DNA of 64,000 nucleotides from Anthoceros angustus (Eukaryota; Plantae; Anthocerotophyta): NCBI GenBank assembly GCA_010909165.1, contig MU008163.1, positions 1,426,001 to 1,490,000 of the forward strand, read 5' to 3'. Shown piece by piece: positions 60,210 to 64,000 of this stretch (position 1 is its first letter; each line of letters starts with the position of its first letter). The notes under the pieces were generated by a model. It saw only the letters and a program-made list of their open reading frames with translations, ran no database searches and was not told where the DNA came from. The position numbers and the translations under genes were made by a program.

Positions 60210-60328
60210 AGGCTGTGGCTGCCCTACACACACAACCAAGAGCTGTGGCCCTACACACACAACCAAGAGCTGTGGCCCTACACACACAACCAAGAGTTGT
60301 GGCCCTACACACACAACCAAGAGCTGTT
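60210..60328. repeat. 27-bp tandem repeat, about 4 copies
   Basis: ctgtggccctacacacacaaccaagag repeated head to tail. Confidence 0.95.
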
Positions 60329-61099
60329 GTACGATCGCTGAGGAAGCACGTCGGTACCAATCACCAGGGGATGGCCAGAAGGCCGAGATAGTGGGTTGAG
60401 GGACCAAGCACTTGCTCTCGTATGGATTGCCATTGCATACTAAATAGAAAAATAACATATAGGGTGACTAAGGCATCCTTTCACATGCCTATGTTAGGGC
60501 TCGCCTTGCAACTTGTAAAAGTCCACATTTCCCCATAGTTGGCACAGTCCCTTGATGCACGACTTCGTATGCTTGAGCATTCATGGCTTGTCCAAACTCC
60601 AAGAAGCCGAAAGAAACCCCCAACACTTGGCACACCGGTCTAAGGCTTATCTAGATCCTCATCCCCATAATGCACACTACCTATATTGAAAGCTACGAGA
60701 TTCTCGGGAGGGTTCTATGGTGGGGTACACACCGACACTCCATTTACCAACCTCCTTCCATGCGGCTCCACATCACGCGGTTTCCGCCTTCCCTCCACCT
60801 CCTTTGCCCATTACCACTCCTAGTCGGCTATCACCCTTGCCCACTCCCGGGCACCAGAGCTTGTTGTCCAGCTTATTGACGGAGTAATGGGACCAAGTGG
60901 GCAAGATCCCATCAAAGAGATGTTTGACATCTCTTTGATCTGATCTTGCCCAAATGATGGGACATGTTGGATAGCTAAATCGAACGGATGGATAACTCAC
61001 CAAATGTTATCATCTCCTTCCTTATCCCTTGAAATCCAGCCCCAAAAGTATTTTACTCTTCTTTCTCCCTTGGTGATTGGCCTTAAACAACCAAACTCC

Positions 61100-61572
61100 C
61101 TTGTGGAGACCTCATTCCTCTTCTTGGACTTGGGCTTCTTCTTCTTCTTGGCCTCAAGCCTTGGGACTTGGCCTCTTCTTGTGCCTTGGGTCCTTTCTTT
61201 TGGCCTCAAGCGTTGGGACTTAAGCCTCTCCTTTGGCCTTAGGCCCCTCTCTAAGCCTCAAGCCTTGGGACTTGGGCCTCTCCTTTAGCCTTGGTCCCCT
61301 TTTGTCTTGGCCTCTAGCATTGGGCACACTCTTCAAGCTCCACTTTGCTTTAGAGCTGTCCCTTGCCTACTTGCCTAATGAGCTAAGCATAGCCTAGCAT
61401 CACCTTAGCAAGCCTAGCATCACCTTAGCAAGCCTAGCATCTCCTTAGCAAGCCTAGCATACTTAGCACACTAAGCCTAGCACGGCCTAGCATCGCCTAG
61501 CACACTTAGCACACTTAGCACACTAGCACACCTAACAAGCCTAGCACAATAAGTCTTGCATGGCCTAGCATC
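61100..61572. repeat. Short degenerate tandem arrays (ttggcctcaagccttgggac; agcctagcatcaccttagca)
   Basis: Visible head-to-tail units of 10-20 bp; probably internal to a larger repeat. Confidence 0.75.
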
Positions 61573-62290
61573 AGCCGCAGATACCTAGTTCCCCCGAATC
61601 AAAAACAAATCAGCACGGAGAGAAACCCCATTGAGGAGGGTATAAGGGCGCTCTCTGTACAAAAGAACCTACTCTCCTTAACCACTGAGAACATAACGTC
61701 AATGCGTTGTGCACAAAACAGGTAGAGTAGGTCCCAAAGGCGTCAAGGGGCCCCATGCTCGGGAGAGAGGAGATCAATGGTTGGACCAACCCGACGGAAA
61801 TGCATCATAGTGGAAAAAGTTGCAAATGGCGGACATATGATGAAGGGTCGTGCTAGGAGCAGGAACCCGCGCCCTCAGCAGGCAAGAGCGAGGCTCGAGA
61901 GGGCCGTGGAATAGAGGAATCTTAGAGAAGGGCCATCTGTGACTGCGCATAATGCTTCTCCAGGAGGGAGGCTTGGAGGTCGCGAAGCCCAACCTTGGGG
62001 AGTGAGGAGAAAAGAAGCATGGCGGCCCTAGCCTTGTAGGAAAGAAATCCCCTACCAAGCCGCAAGGAAACCTGCAAAGGAAAAGAGCCTTCCTCAACGC
62101 CCGAGGCAACAGCCTCTAAGATGTGAGCATCCCAGATCAAGAAACGGGAGGCTAAGATGGGGGCAAAGAGAGCCCAGCTCCCAAGGAAAATCGTCGGCGT
62201 ATAGACCGCCGTGGCCAGGAGCTCGGTGCCACCAAAAGCAACAGGGAAGGAGGTAGGGATGCCTACCGCCTCGCTAGATCCCCAACGCCA
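61570..62290 (-). mobile_element. CRE-like (RLE-type) non-LTR retrotransposon, decayed 3' fragment
   Basis: Minus-strand pieces across frames: ASLPPFPVAFGG..IFLGSWA (RT thumb-like), EHGxPLDAFG..HNAL.DVMFSVVKES (zinc-knuckle region), GVSLRADLFLIRGN*VSAAD (RxD..D nuclease-like). Confidence 0.5.
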
Positions 62291-63564
62291 CTATATATAT
62301 ATATATCTTTGGTGGGAGGATGTGCAAGTTGATGTGTTTACATAACCATGATTGTGCAATCCAATACTAGTTTAAGACAACCTCATCTCAATATAATTCA
62401 TGAATATTAAGTGAATGATTATGAACCTACTTCACAAATTGCAACTAAGTTTATGAAAATATTAGTATTGATAAAGATATGGGGGAGATTGGTGCTTCTC
62501 TAGCTTAGGTCTCGATGACCATAGCTCGATTATGAGCTAATAATTTAGAGTTTCACTTTATAGCATGAATCCAATATATAGAAAAAGAAATAAATTCACA
62601 TGGAAAAAATGATCATGAATTGACATAATGATAAGTGTATAATATCTTCATGTATATGTACAAAAATATTATGCGTGATAGCATTATTTTATTCCTTTTT
62701 TCTTTAAATCATGTTTACGGATGGTTCTTCATGTATCCATATATGGGTGAAGATAGGCGTCATTCAAAAAGAAAAAAGGAATAAAATAATGCTATCACGC
62801 GATAATATTTTTGTACATATACATGAAGATATTTCCACATTTGAAGCGAGGTGAAGATAGGAGGAATAAATCCAATTCTGAGCTCATTATATATTGGAGC
62901 TTTGAGGAGGTGCTACATTACATAGGAGTAAATGATACATTGGCTACTTAGATCATTCACTTAATATTCATGAATTGACATAATGATAAGTGTATAATAT
63001 CTTCATGTATATGTACAAAAATATTATGCGTGATAGCATTATTTTATTCCTTTTTTCTTTAAATCATGTTTACGGATGGTTCTTCATGTATCCATATATG
63101 GGTGAAGATAGGCGTCATTCAAAAAGAAAACTATTATGTATATTTTATCTATGGCGACTAGGTAGACAAGTAAGAAGAATGTGGGTACTAAGTAGATATT
63201 TTGCATGTCTTGGAAGATTCTTGGAAGACCAAGAGTTTGGTCGATTGAAAGAGAAGATAAGAAGTCATGAAAGACGCCTTCTCTAGGTTAGGAACTAGAA
63301 ATCGCTCACCTACAAATTTATCATTATCTCATTCCCACCCGTTGTTCATAGTCGCTTTTGATTGTCCATTGTCTCTTTTAATCTATTTGTCCGCTCCTAA
63401 TAGGTGTTACATGCATGTGAAAGAAATAAATTCACATGGAAAAAATGATCATGAATTGACATAATGATAAGTGTATAATATCTTCATGTATCCATATATG
63501 GGTGAAGATAGGCGTCATTCAAAAAGAAATAAATTCACATGGAAAAAAAATGATCATGAATTAT

Positions 63565-64000
63565 ATTGAGATGAGGCTTTTAAACTAGTATTGGATTGCA
63601 CAATCATGGTTATGTAAATACATCAACTGGTTTTTCCATCTCTTTTATAATAAAGTCCTCTTTCCCCAATACATCAACTTGCACATCCAACTACCAAATA
63701 TATATATATATAGTCACTCATAAGGGAAATATTATGCTCAAACAAGTCCAAAAGCGTTTATATAACTAGAAGGAAAGCAAAAATATCAAATCGAATCCTC
63801 AAGCAAAACTACGAGGTTACTTACAACAAAAACATGAGCACCATAGTCTTCTCAATAACAACCAAAGGAGTTGTCCATTGACAGTGACATACATACATAC
63901 CGAGTTAGTAAGGACTTCATAGTCAAACCACTCTAAGTGAAACATGCTAAGACGGTGTTACCCGACCCTCTTGTAAGAAGGCCCTTCCGCCTAACCCACT
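63565..64000 (+). repeat. Near-identical direct copy of ~51640-52090, running off the window
   Basis: Includes the repeat end, (TA)n and ~300 bp of flank, differing mainly by single-base deletions. Confidence 0.9.

Noticed and set aside
60210-60328. 27-bp repeats as a CRISPR array
   Set aside because: Head-to-tail with no spacers, no cas genes, eukaryotic context.

Overview
Eukaryotic nuclear DNA from a land plant, most likely a seed-free vascular plant (fern or lycophyte). This is inferred from a PLS-class PPR gene with a PGxSWW box, a protamine-like gene and a ZNFX1 gene. Positions 1-25 kb are a nest of transposons. The main feature there is a ~10.5-kb TIR-bounded element (495-10972, 4-bp target duplication ACTA) inserted cleanly into a Copia gag. 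It carries a frameshift-riddled gene combining a ParB-like domain and a beta-class N4/N6 DNA amino-methyltransferase, with no recognisable transposase. It is followed by decayed retroelement sequence, a CDPK kinase fragment, a Ty3/Gypsy pol whose integrase ends in a PHD finger, and a LINE ORF1 fragment. Positions 25-60 kb are gene-dense: a B-lectin pseudogene, QCR10, Yippee, a protamine-like Arg/His/Lys protein, a G-patch (Spp2/MOS2-like) protein, a PPR, Rab-GDI, NOL9, an ARM-TPR protein, an SCCPDH-like protein and a ZNFX1 helicase-E3 gene. Positions 60-64 kb hold repeats and a CRE-like non-LTR fragment. Many single-base indels in duplicated stretches look like long-read consensus errors, so pseudogene calls there are provisional. 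All calls come from reading the sequence; no searches were run.
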